Part shown: positions 11,380-24,925 of the stretch, piece by piece
Layout: every line of letters begins with the position of its first letter
Position numbering within the stretch: position 1 is the first letter of the stretch
From: Octopus sinensis
Lineage: Eukaryota
Length of the DNA: 64,000 nucleotides
NCBI RefSeq assembly: GCF_006345805.1
Contig: NC_043007.1
Location: 77,314,001-77,378,000, forward strand
Direction of reading: 5' to 3'
Notes under the pieces: model-generated
Database searches by the model: none
What the model saw: only the letters and a program-made list of their open reading frames with translations
What the model was told of the DNA's origin: nothing
Translations under genes and position numbers: made by a program

Positions 11380-12060
11380 CCAATTCCTTACTTCTGTTTG
11401 TGTGACTTGGAGTACGGCCACTTCCTTCTCACTTCCAAGAAATACTACTGCTACTACCCAAGCCACGTCTATTTCAGGGGGGATTCCTTCTACTCTGACT
11501 CTGGAAATTCTTCTTCCAAGGTATATCGGTTGGAGGATCACTCTTTCCATCTTCATTGTATTTGCTGAGTGCTCCTTTGCCTTTTCTTTCTCTTTGAAAT
11601 GCAAACAACAGTCCCATAACTGCTTCCTCTGGCAAAATATGATATATCTTGCCAGATTGGCCTCAATACCTTCTCTATTTCCTCCGTAGCCTCATTTTTA
11701 ATTCTTCTCTCCTTGATTGAATACACTTTATAAACAATTCTGCTTTCTTCCATGTTTTAAAGAACCTCATTCGTTGATGACAATTTCACGTCACCACCCT
11801 CCTTCTCCAGTATTTTCCCAAAATCCTTCAGGTTTTTCAGGCTCACTCCCTACTTAGAGACACCTGCCACTTCTGCAAAACCTTTCCCCTTTAAAGATTT
11901 TTCTATTTTGTTGATAGCCCTAACCATTTCTTCTTCAGACGTTTCAGTCAGGTCGGAATAAAAACTATTTTCAAATTCAGCCATCTCTCTTTAAAACGCT
12001 GAGGGACAGCACAATCATACAACCGCTGCAAAGCAGCACAAAATAATGCAACACCTTTCA
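11380..12060 (-). pseudogene. 5' fragment of a non-LTR retrotransposon ORF1 (gag-like, possibly L1/Tx1 clade), with stops and frameshifts
   Basis: ATG at 11984 gives MAEFENSFYSDL..., then across frames EESRIVYKVYSI..., FARGSSYGTV, FKEKEKAKEHS...QPIYLGRRISRVRVEGIPPEIDVAWV. The last resembles the RRM-like V-x-V-xx-IPPE segment of ORF1 proteins. Confidence 0.5.
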
Positions 12061-12084
12061 ATTAACAATAGCAAACACGTAAAA

Positions 12085-12379
12085 TATCCGAAGCGAACGT
12101 TTCGTTGATATCGCGAGCAGTTTCAGCTGCTTTACGTCCTTTTTTGAAGTTGAATAGCAAAATTGCTCGAATATCGAGCTTTGACTGTTCCATTTCAGAT
12201 GATTGTAACAACGGTGAAAAAAAAATCAATGTTAATTTACTGATGCATTTGGACAAGACTATGTCTGTATTATCAGATAATTGCAAAAAATTGTTTAGAA
12301 ATAATTCAAAACTCTGCAAAAATCCGGTACAAATTCTTCATGATTCAAAGCGTTGCTTACTTTTTACTCAACTTGGTAC
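12085..12379 (-). mobile_element. Mariner 5' fragment (TIR plus transposase N-terminus)
   Basis: MEQSKLDIRAILLFNFKKGRKAAETARDINETF is a mariner HTH1. TIR-like end TAccaagttgagtaaaaagtaagcaacgc. Confidence 0.8.
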
Positions 12380-12950
12380 TTACACATATACACACATGCA
12401 TGTTTATATGAATGGTGTTTATGACGAATAACAACAAAAGTACGAACTGCATAATATAAGGTATATAATTATATTTTACTTCAGCTTCGAGTTTACATTC
12501 TCCCCGTACAGATGGTATGTGATACGTTATAGTGATTACATCAACAAAACATTTCATTGAGAGTACAATTTATTTACTCTAACAGGTTAAGAGACCACGC
12601 AATGGTTTCGCCTTTGTCGTCTGTGCTGTTCTCTAAGAGTAGACACAGAAGTGCGACTTCCAGCATGTTGCAATGGAGGCTTCTGTTTGACTAGAATTAC
12701 ACAGTATGAAATGCTTATAAGTTTCTAGAAAAGAAAAACATGAATTCGATTTTCGTTATGAACACGTAAAACGTGTTCAGGATTGAAAATTTGACAGTAA
12801 TATCCAGTGAAAATTTTAAATACTTCAAGTGATTGGAAAGAATTTAACAAAATCCTAAATTGATGACCCTACGCCTCTTTTACCCTTCAATAATATAATC
12901 TTGAAGGGATATTGTTTTACTTACTGATTGTATATAATAATAAGTATAAT

Positions 12951-13187
12951 AAATGCGCCTTTTTAAAGCCTAGCCAGGCTCATGGGCCTGGTTTCCCGGT
13001 TTCTATGGCGTATGTGTTCCCCAGCTGGACGGGACGCCAGTCCATCGCAGCGTTACTCATTTTTGCCAGCCAACGTGAAATGAAGAGTTTTGCTCAAGAA
13101 CACAACGCGTCGCCCGGTTCAGGAATCGAAACCACAATCTTACGATCATGATGCTGACACCCTAACCACTAAGCCACGCGCCTCCAC
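12951..13187 (-). mobile_element. SINE family E (tRNA head, V-SINE-like domain)
   Basis: Reverse complement of 41682-41914. Contains ctgcgatggactggcgtcccgtccag. Confidence 0.85.
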
Positions 13188-13880
13188 ACACTGTATATAC
13201 ACAATACTTATTAAAAGGTCTCTAGCCTTACATGAACCCCGCCTACCCAGTCTTCTAAACTATTACCGAACCACAAAATAACATGTCTAAGTGCACCAAT
13301 GATTCCAGGGAGAAATTCATTTTCTTGGTTGAGAATTTTTAGGCTTCGAAGTGATCGACCGTAAATATTCTCTTTGACACTGAATTTCAATAGAAAGTTC
13401 ACATCCGGTAGGCAGTTGACCTCATCGTCAGTGCATAGCTTTTGTTATCTGTCAAAGACTTGCTATATCGGTTCTCTCTTTGTAATCGCTGCTATTGTAT
13501 AAACCAGGTCAGCCTTTGATTGGTCAGGCCTGTGATCATCCCGCGATGACCATCCCGCCGTTGTTTTTTAGGGTTTTTTTTGTTCGGATATGGTGTTCAC
13601 AAAATTACATTATCCAATGTGTCTAATTTTTAAGACAGTTGAATGTGGTTTGAGGGAGATTTAGTTGTTCTCTCTGCCAAGTTGAGTGATTACTTAGACC
13701 AGGGCATTTTAGACGACGCATCACTGCAGTTGAAGTTCTTGTGTTGCAAAGAGTATCTCGATGCATCATAAAGGGTATCTCAGAGCGTCACAAAGAATAT
13801 CATGATACACCCCTGATTTTTATAAATAAAATTCAAGGCTTTACGAATCCTATACTAATACTAATTAGTATAATATTAGT

Positions 13881-14114
13881 AGGGCGGCATGCTGGCAGAA
13901 TCGTTAGCACGCCGGGCGAAATGTCTAGCTGTATTCGTCTGCCGTTACGTTCTGAGTTCAAATTCTGCCAAGTTCGACTTTGCCTTTCATCCTTTCGGGG
14001 TCGATTAAATAACTACCAGTTACGCACTAGGGGTCGATGTAATCACCTTAATCCCTTTGTCTGTCTTTGCTTGTATCCTCTACGCTTAGCCCCCTGTGGA
14101 CAATAAAGAAATAT
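13881..14114 (+). mobile_element. SINE family B, full length, with TSD
   Basis: B consensus flanked by ATATTAGTAG at 13873-13882 and 14115-14124. Confidence 0.85.
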
Positions 14115-15061
14115 ATATTAGTAGACGTTTTACTATAGGCTTTACAAAGACTGTACCAGTTTAGGCGTTACAAAACCTTTAATATTAATATAGGCTTTAC
14201 AAAGCCTTTACTAATTCCTGAGTATTTTACAAAGCGTGTTATTCATAATTTTCTTATATACAGTATTTTGTTTACCGTTTAAGTTTTTACTCGCTTTAGT
14301 CATTGGATTGCGGCCACGCCGGGTTTTAGTCAACCAAATCGGCTGCAGTTCTTATACTTTTATTTTTCTTTATAAATTTGGTACTTATTCTATCGCCAGG
14401 TGATGCTATTAAGCTAGACATAGCCTGGGCTAATACTGGCCGAAACCTATCATAGTATATCTTTTGCCGAAACGATAAGTTATTGGAACGTAGACAAACT
14501 AATACTGGTTGTCAAGCAGTTGAGGTGTGACAAGCACAAAGATAGCCAACCAGCCTGCTACACACACACACCACACACACACACACACACACATTTTAAA
14601 AGATAAAGCCTGGTACTTATTCTATCGATGTCTTTTGACGAAACACTAGCTTACGGTGACGTAAACACGCCAACATCGGTTGCCAAGCGGTGGTAGTGGT
14701 GGTGGGGATAAGCACATCACAAAGACACACACACACACACCACACACACACACACACAAAGACACGCGTGCACACACACATATGCACATGCACGCGCGCA
14801 CACTCACACACGCGTGTTCGCAGTATACTACAATAATAACCAAGTTGTTGAACTTGAAATCTGAGCTTCAAAACCGTATATGAATCCTTTTTGACAGAGG
14901 TTAGAAAAATAGAAAGGCGATCTATCGGTATTGGTCTCCAGAGTGTTGGTATGAGGAGACGACGTCATCCACCCCCTTTCTTCAGCCCAACCTCTTTATC
15001 TGTGTCATGAGAAAAGGTTGTGTGGGTTAAAGATGTCGTTTACCAATAACGAAGGAATATA

Positions 15062-15315
15062 TTTTACTTGTTTCAGTCATCAGACTGTGGCCATGCTGGG
15101 GCACCTCCATGAAAAATTTTGATTCGAACAAATCGATCCCAGTACTTATTTTAATTTTTTTTTTTTTGTAGAGCCAAGTACTTATTCTATCGGTTTCGTT
15201 TGCCGAAACGCTAGTTTACAGTGATGTAAACACACCAACACCGGTTGTCAAGTAGTGGTAGGGGACAAGCACATCACAAACACACACACACACACACATG
15301 CACACGCGCACACAC

Positions 15316-15406
<91 letters not shown>

Positions 15407-15570
15407 AGTGTATGAGTGTGCGACGTGCTTCTTTCAGTTTTCGTCAACCAAATCTACTCACAACAAGGACTTGGTCGGCCCGTGGCGAAAGTAGGAGAAA
15501 GTTGCCCAAGGTGAGACTGAACCCGGAACTATGTGGCTGGCAATGAAACTTCTTATAACACATGCCAAAT
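15062..15570 (-). mobile_element. SINE family A with long internal (CA)n
   Basis: Tail ttttacttgtttcagtca through to head gactgaacccggaactatgtgg. Confidence 0.8.
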
Positions 15571-15780
15571 TAAAATAAAATACAAAAAAAGTAAAAAAAA
15601 AACCCAAACAAAAACAAAAAAAAACAACAAAACAAACAAACAAAATTGGTTCTTTTATTGCTTTTATATCTAAGCAGCTTCCTGTCTTCGTAACTCAATC
15701 TATTGGTTGTTAGCATTTACCTTTTTGTTCAGGTGATCTAGCTTAGTGTACATGTACGTAGAGACGGATATACGAGCGAG

Positions 15781-15825
<45 letters not shown>

Positions 15826-15929
15826 TGTGTGTGTGTATATATATATATATGTGTTTACGTATGAGAGTTATGTGGTAGGTCTATTGTGACCCAAGATTTG
15901 ACGGGGGGGGAAGGGGAATTGATAGCGGT

Positions 15930-16300
15930 GTTGATGGTGGAGGCGATGTTGTAATATAACGGTAGTGGTTTGGTGGTGGTGGTGGTGGTGGTGATGGCGG
16001 CACTGGTGTAATATGAATGGTGCTGTATTGGCATGATGGTAGCGGTGTTGGAGTAGCAGTGGTCAATTAGTGGTGATGGTTGTGGTGGTAGTGGTGCAGG
16101 TAGTAGTGGTTATAGTGGTGGTGGTGGTGATGATGGTGATGGTGTTGGTGACGGTAGTAGTGGTGGTAATGACGATGGTGGCGGTGATAGGGGTGCTGGT
16201 GTTGATGGTAGTGGTAGTGGTGGTGATGATGGTGGTGGTAGTGATGACAGTGGTACTGGTGTTTATAATAGTGGTAGTAGTAGTAGTGGTGGTAGTGGTA
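15930..16300. repeat. Degenerate (GGT/GAT/AGT)n microsatellite
   Basis: Seen directly. Confidence 0.9.
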
Positions 16301-16770
16301 AGAGAAGAGAAGACTCAGAAAGAGAAGAGCTGGGGTGGGAAAAGTGTGGGGTGGATGTTTTACTGTACTGTATTCTCGAATTTATTGCAAGAGAAGGTAT
16401 CAAAATCTTGTAAATGTTGAGGAAGTGATGGGCCAATTTAGGAATGTCGAATTGTAGGTGAATAGACGGGTGAATATGTGTGTGTTTGATATAGAGGGAA
16501 TGAGAGAGAGAGAGAGAGAGAGAGAGGTAGATGAATGAGAGTCTGAGAAAAAGAAAGAGAAAGAGCGAGAGAGAGAGAGAGAGATGGAAATAGATAGATA
16601 AATAGATAGATAGACAGACAAAAATGGAGAGAGAGAGAGGCTTAGAATGAGAGAAAGACAAGGAAAGAGAGAGAGAGGGAGAGAGGCAAAGGGGGAGAGA
16701 GAAAGGCAAAGAGAGAGATAGAGAAGCAAAGGGAGATAGAGATAGATAGATAGATAGAGAGAGAGAGAGC

Positions 16771-16801
<31 letters not shown>

Positions 16802-16979
16802 TGAGAAAACACATGTGTGTTTTACAAAGTGGAAGCAATCAGGAAGAGGAAATGCGTGCAATAACACACACATATACACATGCATGCATGTATACATACA
16901 TATGTACATATAATACATGAATACGTATATATACATAATATACTATATATATATATCTATGTATAATATATATATATAT

Positions 16980-17320
16980 AAGAATGAATGTTTTTATATA
17001 TAATGAACGTGAAATACAGGAAGGGACGACCGGAACACAGACCAAATCATTCGAAGCCTTCAATCTTCAGTCATCAGAATGCCCAATCTCATAGCAAATT
17101 TCGGCTGTTCAATTCTGATATTTGCTCCAACTCGGCCAGCCCCAAGAAAAAAAACTAAGCTGTAAGCATTAGATTTCTTGGTAGAAGACAGGAATGTGAA
17201 CGCACAAGACGGATGTGAATACAAGAGACGAAAACGAAATTGAAAAACAGTAATGAAAAAACAAAAACATATATAACGGTGGTGCATACGACTTTAGACC
17301 AAATGAGACAAAACAACAAC
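16980..17320. repeat. ~340 bp dispersed repeat, copy 1, preceded by (TA)n
   Basis: Nearly identical to 36586-36928 (agaatgaatgtttttatatataatgaacgtg...gactttagaccaaatgagacaaaa). Confidence 0.85.
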
Positions 17321-17341
17321 ATATATATATATATATATAAT

Positions 17342-17404
<63 letters not shown>

Positions 17405-17479
17405 TATATATATCGATACACACCACTGCGTCCGCGCATACACATATTGCGTATAGTAATATACATATGTAGGAACAAT

Positions 17480-17600
17480 TACAAGACTCATGTACTGTTG
17501 AACTGGAGTTCAGCTGCCCGGCAGATGTGAACTTCCCTGAAAAATCAGTAAAGAACAGAACATTTACGAGCAACTTCTTTCCTGGGATTACTAACCTTAA
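17480..17600 (+). pseudogene. Decayed RLE-LINE endonuclease fragment
   Basis: Translates as SCTVELEFSCPADVNF, homologous to LCTVVEISCPADVNI at ~35837. Confidence 0.55.
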
Positions 17601-18269
17601 AGATGTACTTAGAATCATTGGTGTACGTACATAAATTATGTTACTACAGAGCAGTGATCCTCAAACGTGGTTCATATGGCCCTTGGTGGGGCCCATATAA
17701 AATTTAGTTGTTAAAAATTACGTGCAGTAAATCAGTTATACTTCTACTATACGCAAAATATTTTAATAATATTTTAACCTAGATGCAGTTCCGGCAGCCG
17801 GGGGTGTTTGTCTCCCCTTCGTTTCCCTCCACAGGGAAAAAATGTGTCAAAGCTATCAGGAGGCGTTCGATGCTTCCTAGGGCTATACAGCGGTGGTGTA
17901 CCCCCTACTGTCACGTTCTTGTTAGATTGACAGTATATAACCATTCTATCGCCCACACCGTAGATGTCTCTACGAGAGATTTAGAAATTCAATATTTCTT
18001 ATTTTAATAATTATTTTTATACAATTATTATCGACCCCAGGACTTATATTTAATTATAAAAAAATAGTCCTTTATTCTTCATTCTTTTACTTGTTTCTCT
18101 CATTTGACTGTCGGCCATGCCTTTCGTCCTAGTACTTATTTTATCAGTTCTTTTGCTGAACCGCTAACTTATTCTTTGTAAATCTCCAGGACTTATTCTT
18201 GTAAGCCTAGTACTTAATCTATCGGACTCTTTTTGCCGAACCGCTAAGTTACGGGAATGTAAACACACC

Positions 18270-18305
<36 letters not shown>

Positions 18306-18347
18306 GAGAGAGACAGAAGGAGAAAGAGAGAGAGAGCAAGAGTAAGG

Positions 18348-18381
<34 letters not shown>

Positions 18382-19211
18382 GTAGGTAAGGAAAAGAGGG
18401 AAAGAAAAGAAATGCGTGCGTGTGAGAAAGAGATATAGGGAGACAGACAAACAGACTGACAGACAGATAGATCTGGGAGGAGAGAGAGGGAGAAAGAGAG
18501 AGAAATTGGCCCAACGTATCGACAATGACAGAAGCAACCACAGTGATAACAACAACAACAACAAAAAAAACAACAGTACTATACTATACTATACTTTACT
18601 ATTTACCCAAATCGAAAAATAAAAGGGTCACTCCCCCCTCTTCAACCCTTTCAATGACTGTCAGCCTTCTTCCTCCTGGATCATTTCTCTTGGGCTGCTT
18701 TCCGTGCTCGTACGCATGCGTATGTGTGTTTGTGTATATGTGCGTGTGTGTGTTACAGAGAGGAGGGAGAGGGAGAGAAAGAGAGAGAGAGAGACTGAGG
18801 GGCTGGGGGAAAGTGAATGTATGTGGCGCGATAGGCTTTTGTGCTGAAATAAGAAATCATACTTCCCACCTCAACCTTCCTTTCAGCCACACGTTATATC
18901 CCTTCTGTGAGGCATTTAGGTCAGGTTTGTCGATGACAGCTTTACCAATAGCAACACGTGTCTTCTGTCATCGGTACGGAACTCCCTACCCCCCACCTTC
19001 TCTTTTATACTTGGTCAACTAACAGTGAATATTTTCTGAAAAGAAAGTGGTCAGCATGTTCGTAATAAGAGACAGGCGACGGCTTAAATGGTAATGCATA
19101 ATTTGGGCAAAAATAATACATAGTGGCCAGTGGCAGGTATTTGAACGTGAAGCATTATGGTATATCAAATACCATGCAATATAAATTTTTGATAAATTAA
19201 ATAATAATAAT

Positions 19212-19264
<53 letters not shown>

Positions 19265-19265
<1 letters not shown>

Positions 19266-19683
19266 TGTCAGTTGTTTGACCTTAACCAGTTGAGCATGTC
19301 CCTTAGTGGCTGACGATATGTGCATCTCTGATCACGAGCAGAAGTAGTGGGGGAGCATCATAGCCATGTGTTGAGAGGGATTGTTTGGGGTTTGAATCAT
19401 TCACCTCTGGAAACATGGGTGGTTCTTTCAACATCCTTAAACAACCCTTATTCAGGGACCTTTGGAGCGGGATGGGCTACTCAACCTGAAGAAAATTCTA
19501 ACTGGGCCCCACCTGCAAGGTCATGTGCTGTTTATCTTGATATGAGATCACCATGTCGCGCACATATGTTTGTGATGCATGTGCCTGGTGTACCCTTATC
19601 AGACGGGTAGTCATGATGGGTATATTGGGCTTCGTATATTTTACCCCAGTGTCACTTTGATGGCATGAACTGCTCTCTCACTC
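19265..19683 (+). mobile_element. Non-coding retroposon family F embedded in (TAA)n, copy 1
   Basis: Colinear with 51327-51796. Same 3' end (ctgctctctcactc|aataat), different 5' end, (TAA)n on both sides. Confidence 0.8.
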
Positions 19684-19734
<51 letters not shown>

Positions 19735-19920
19735 GATGATGATGATTCTTTCTACTGGAAGCACAAGGCCTTTAATTTGGTGGGAAAGGATTAAGACGAT
19801 TACATCGACCCCATTACGTAAATGGTAGTAATTTTATCGACTCCGAAAGGATGAAAAGCAAAGTCGATCTCGGAGGAATTTGAATTCAGAACGTAACGGC
19901 AGACGAAATATTGCTAAGCA

Positions 19921-20516
19921 TGGCATATTACCAGCCAATGTACGCCAGTAGCCCAGAAGGAATATAAGAGACGCCACGACAATATAGCTAGGCTTGTCTA
20001 TCGGACACTGCAACAAGTATGGATTTGACAGAACAAAAAATTGGTACGACCACAAACCCGAAGGCATCATCGAAAATAAAAATACAAAGACCCTATGGGA
20101 TTTTATGATTCAGTGCGACCATGAGATAGAGAATAGAAAGCCGGACATAGTCTTAATTGAGAAAGAAAACAAACTATGCTGGATAATAGATATAGCATAC
20201 CCAGCTGACAATAAGATATGCGATAAGGAAGAAAGAAAAGTCGAGAGATATGACAGGTTAGCTTGGGAAGTTAAGCAGTTGTGGTCGATGAAAAAGGTAG
20301 TAGTAGTATCTATAACTGTCGGAGTCCAGGGAACAGTGAGCAAAAATCTCGAGAAGTACATGGAACAAATAGGGGCTGCAATAAGGGTGGAACACTTGCA
20401 GAAAACAACACTGCTTGGAACCGCCCGAATACTCCGGAAGGTGCTCGAAAAATAAGAGGTGTAACCTTTGTTCACATGTAGTGAACAACTGACACCGTAG
20501 TACATCTCCAGCGTTA

Positions 20517-20517
<1 letters not shown>
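19921..20517 (+). mobile_element. 5'-truncated R4/Dong-clade LINE: end of CCHC knuckle, RLE endonuclease, 3' UTR, then (AAT)n
   Basis: WHITSQCTPVAQKEYKRRHDNIAR (frameshift) CNKYG...WYDHKPEGIIEN...LWDFMIQCDHEIENRKPDIVLI...IIDIAYPAD...KVERY...LQKTTLLGTARILRKVL. These are the RHD and PD-(D/E) motifs of site-specific RLE elements. Confidence 0.9.
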
Positions 20518-20595
<78 letters not shown>

Positions 20596-20599
20596 TATA

Positions 20600-21197
20600 T
20601 GATTCTTGATGCAACAATAGGAAAGCAATGTCTATCAAAGGCCTGGACAGACTACAAAAAAAGGCCTTTGTAACACTTCCTAGTAGCTGGATAAGGGAAT
20701 GCTTAGAGACATTCAAAGCTTCACCAATAAAAAAAAGGAATTTTTATCTTATGTCATGGAACTCTGGAAAATGACATTAATTCTCAACACGGACATTACA
20801 ACTATAAAATCTAGAGAAGTCGGTTCTAATTATGGAATTTTCCAAGGAGACAAACGATCTGCTTTGTTATTCCATTTAGCATTGGTTCCTCTAAGTAAAT
20901 TTCCGAATGCAACAAAAACACCATCAACCATCTTCTTTAGAATAATGACTTGAAATTCCTTGCGAAAAATGATCAACAATTTAGTGATAACATCAAAACC
21001 GAATTCGGGCTTGACAAAGCGCCAAAATTAGATTTATCACGGGAAAACTATCAGTCACATGCACCGTCAGTCTAGATCAGTGTTTCTTTATCGTTTTATC
21101 CTTGCGTAGCCCTTAAATAAAATTACGTCTCATATATATATATATATATATACATATATCTTTGTCGTATTTTTTCATCATAGTTCACATGGTCAAT

Positions 21198-21244
<47 letters not shown>

Positions 21245-21650
21245 ATAGACTACAGGCATCACTAAGTATATCCCCAATAGTTGCTATATTTTTTTTGATA
21301 ACATAGTAGATTAGATAGGATGATGTCTATATGACAATATTACATTAACCAATAATATGTCATGCATGTATAGTAATATTACGATCATGAAATTAGCATT
21401 AGTTCATCTCACTCTTTCCCGCGGAGCCCCTAGGAATCTCTTGCGGAACTCTTGGGTTCCAGGGAACTTTTGGGTTCAGAAACGCTGGTCTAGGTAGGGA
21501 TACCAAAATAAAAGAAGTTAGTTATAGGTTATGTAGGAATATCTGATGATGATAGAACGAAGCACTCATCATTGAAAGGAAAAATAAGAAAGGAATGCTA
21601 TCGTAGAGTAAGAGCTATTCTGAAAGCCTAGTTGAGTATACAGTCTCTGG
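20600..21650 (+). pseudogene. Decayed reverse transcriptase of an R4/Dong-type LINE, interrupted by (TA)n and a MITE-like piece
   Basis: AWTDYKK, SWIRECLETFK, GIFQGDKRSALLFHLALVPLS, INHLL..NDLKFLAK, FGLDK, and at ~21580 KIRKECYRRVRAILK. Confidence 0.75.
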
Positions 21651-21884
21651 ATTTTAGTATTTCTGAGGTGAAAAAAGAAAAAGGGAAGATTTCTTCCCAA
21701 GAGATGATCTGAAAATAACAAAAATGAAAAAATGTAGAAGCCATACAGAATAAATGTGAAAATTGAGGGTAGAATCTAGTCATCAACTGGAATATACTGG
21801 AACAAAGCCGTGAAAGAAGAAGGAAAAAAGGCGTTTTTACATTAGAAGTTTCAGAACCCTGTAGAATATAAATGTCCTCACTGG

Positions 21885-22043
21885 TGCAGGCATCACCGTG
21901 TTATTAAAACGGTTGCTTTGCAAAAACGTGGTTTCAAGTTCAATTCCACTGTACAGCACTTTGGGAAGGTGTCTGCTACTATAATCCCGGGCTGACCAGT
22001 ACCTTGTGAATGAATTTGCTCGACAGAAACTGTGCAGAAGCCG

Positions 22044-22079
<36 letters not shown>

Positions 22080-22312
22080 GAGTGTGTGCGCATGTGTCAG
22101 TGTTTATTCCCTTTACACCGTTTGACAACCGGTGCTGGTTGGATTACGTCCTCGTAAATTGCGGTTCCACAATAGGGGCGTATAAGATAAGCACCGGACT
22201 TTAAAGAATATAATTCATATGTACTGGAGTCAATTTGTTCTGCTAAATCCCCTTTCAGGTGGTGCCCCAACATGACCGCAATCCATTGACTGAAACAAGT
22301 AAAAGATAAAAA
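21885..22312 (+). mobile_element. SINE family A, diverged
   Basis: gttcaattccactg...ctttgggaaggtgtct...ccttgtgaatgaatttg...tgacaaccggtgctgg...gactgaaacaagtaaaag. Confidence 0.75.
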
Positions 22313-24140
22313 AATTAGCTAGCTATGTAAACTAGTGAAATATTACGGATGATATCAAATGAAGCCTCTTATAAACTATACACACACTCCCCCCATACGC
22401 ACATTACTTATTAGAGTTGATCAACCGGAGCCAATGGGTATGTAGAATAATTCCGGCATAACAGCATTGTTAAAACCCCTTACGTCCTTGAAAATAACGT
22501 GGACCTCACAAATAATTTACTTCACTGAACGACAAAGTTTATGAGGGATACCCAAGTTTACCACGAAAAAAAAAAAGAAGGTAAAAACGAAAAAGGCTAT
22601 CCAATGTTGTCCTTCAGCTAACTTCCGCTTCTAGCAAGTCGACTTACTTTGATGTTACCTAATTAAGAATATAAGCGAAGCATGAAAATAAGGGTGCGTT
22701 GGTGTTGACATATTCGAAGTTACAACTGGATCTAAGCTGATCAAATAATTTAAGGGCAAAAAAAATATTGAGGTTAAAGTACTCGGAGACATTTTCCCTA
22801 TCGTTTGTCTTTAATTGATCAACAGGTGGGTGGAATATCTTAAAAGAAAACGAAAATATAAAGGACTGGGTATTTAGAGTGCCCATATTTCAAATATGGT
22901 AGTAATAATAATAACGAAGCGAATGAAGGGGCTCCTTACACTCTTGCTCAACGTGCTGGAAATAGCAAAATATGTCTCTTAAGTCAAGCACAACCACTAA
23001 AAAAATAAAAATAAAAATATAAAAATATTGAATAATGTAGGTATTGAGAATCAGGGTGAAACAGCTATTCGCATAGGTCTGTCCTACTATTCATCTTCTG
23101 GGATTGAACAAGAACAACCACACATAATGAACTGTTCACTACTATGAGCTCTTCACTACTATGTAATGTTCACATGAGTATGTAACCCAAAATGGCGGAG
23201 GTCGTTAAACATAAAAACAGATACTGACAAGCCATAAAGCGATTCTTGGTTGCTGTTAGTTAATATATGTATACACATGAACACAGAAACTCTCTCACTC
23301 TTTCGCTCTCTCTCATGCACATACACAGACATATATTTACGTATATGTATATGTCTATATATCTTTATGAATGACACGAAACCTTATTTCGAGTTATCTT
23401 TATATCACAGGCATTAATACTTATATTATAATAAACCAAATCTAGAAAATTATAGGTTTGTTGGATAAGAACTGACCTGTGACGAGACAACAACTACAAC
23501 AACAACAACAACCATATCAACAAAAACCGCAACAAAATATAATTTAGGGAAGATAAAACTAGCCTAATAATGGCTTCAAATTTTGGCACAAGGCCAGCAA
23601 GTTCGGGGTGGGGATACGTCGATTACATCAACCCCAATGCCTAACTGATGCTTATTTTAACAACCCCGAAAGGATGAAAAGGCAAAGTCAACCTCGACGA
23701 AGTTTGAATTCAGAACATAAAGACAGAAGAAATGAGACTAAACATTTTGCCCGGTGTGTTAACGATTCGGCCATGTTGCAGCCTTTAACTAGCCTAATAA
23801 TGGCTGTTGTTGATAATCTAATGGTTGGATTCATGTAATATATAAATATTAGACTAAATACCTCCCAGGGTTCGAACAATTTATTGTGCTAACTGGATGA
23901 AAGTTGGTGCTGAACCTTGACAGGAACTGTTAGAAGATCGGGTGAGACGTCTTGTGGTATCTGTCACGGTTGTTTATGTCTAGACTGCTGCCAAGTTGTA
24001 TCAGTCCAATTCAGCAGTTTTTTCCTTAGATAAACACCATTGGCGTGGAGAGGAGGGACTTCCGGTTAGTTTCCTTTAAAATCTCACCTACGTCTGCAAA
24101 CATACGTAAAAATGCATGACCACCGGAAGCCTTTACATAC

Positions 24141-24366
24141 CGAGCTGGCAGAATCGTTAGCACGCCGGGCGAAATGTTTACCAACATTTCGTCTGCCTCT
24201 ACGTTCTGAGTTCAAATTCCACCGAGGTCGACTTTGCCTTTCATCCTTTCGGAGTCGAATAAATAAGTACCAGTTACGCACTGGGGTTGATATAATTGAC
24301 CTAATCCGTTTGTCTGTCCTTGTTTGTCCTCTCTGTGTTTAGCCCCTTGTAGGTAGTAAAGAAATA
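24141..24366 (+). mobile_element. SINE family B
   Basis: B consensus ending tttagccccttgtaggtagtaaagaaata. Confidence 0.9.
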
Positions 24367-24925
24367 GGAATTATTCTTAGAATTTCTCATATCTGTTCCA
24401 GACGATGTGAATCACGTCAAATTAAATGCAGTTCACGCGTTAAAACCCCGGTCATTGCTTTTGCTCAGTAGGACCGAGCCAGATCAGATACCCTCAAAGT
24501 CGCATGTTCAAAGGTGTTCCAACTGTGACCCGCTTGTCTGTTTTATATATAGTGATCGAAAACACATGGGTGTGATTTAAGCGATTTTATGGCTATTATT
24601 TCTAACGGTTTGAGCTAAATCAAACAACACTTACTGGTCGGATGAGTTTTGTGGGTGGTTAGGGTTAACTGATGGAGTTTGAAAGAAACAAAATAGGATA
24701 AACGAAACGAAGTGAACCATAAAGAAAACAACAAGCTGCAAGTCTCACACAAACAAGTTCCCATTCCTATGGAATACATGAAGTTTACGTTACTTCAAAA
24801 GAATGACACTAGCATTGTCGGTTCCTTCAAAAACTTGGTGTAAACTGAAGCAAATTTGTCACTGATAAGCTTTGCTGTCAAGACAATGCTCAATACATCT
24901 CATATGTTAAACTATTCAACAACCA

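Noticed and set aside
10597-11604. 335 aa ORF, the longest in the window
   Set aside because: Only the first ~75 aa are retroelement-like; the rest is read-through into (GA)n/(GT)n.
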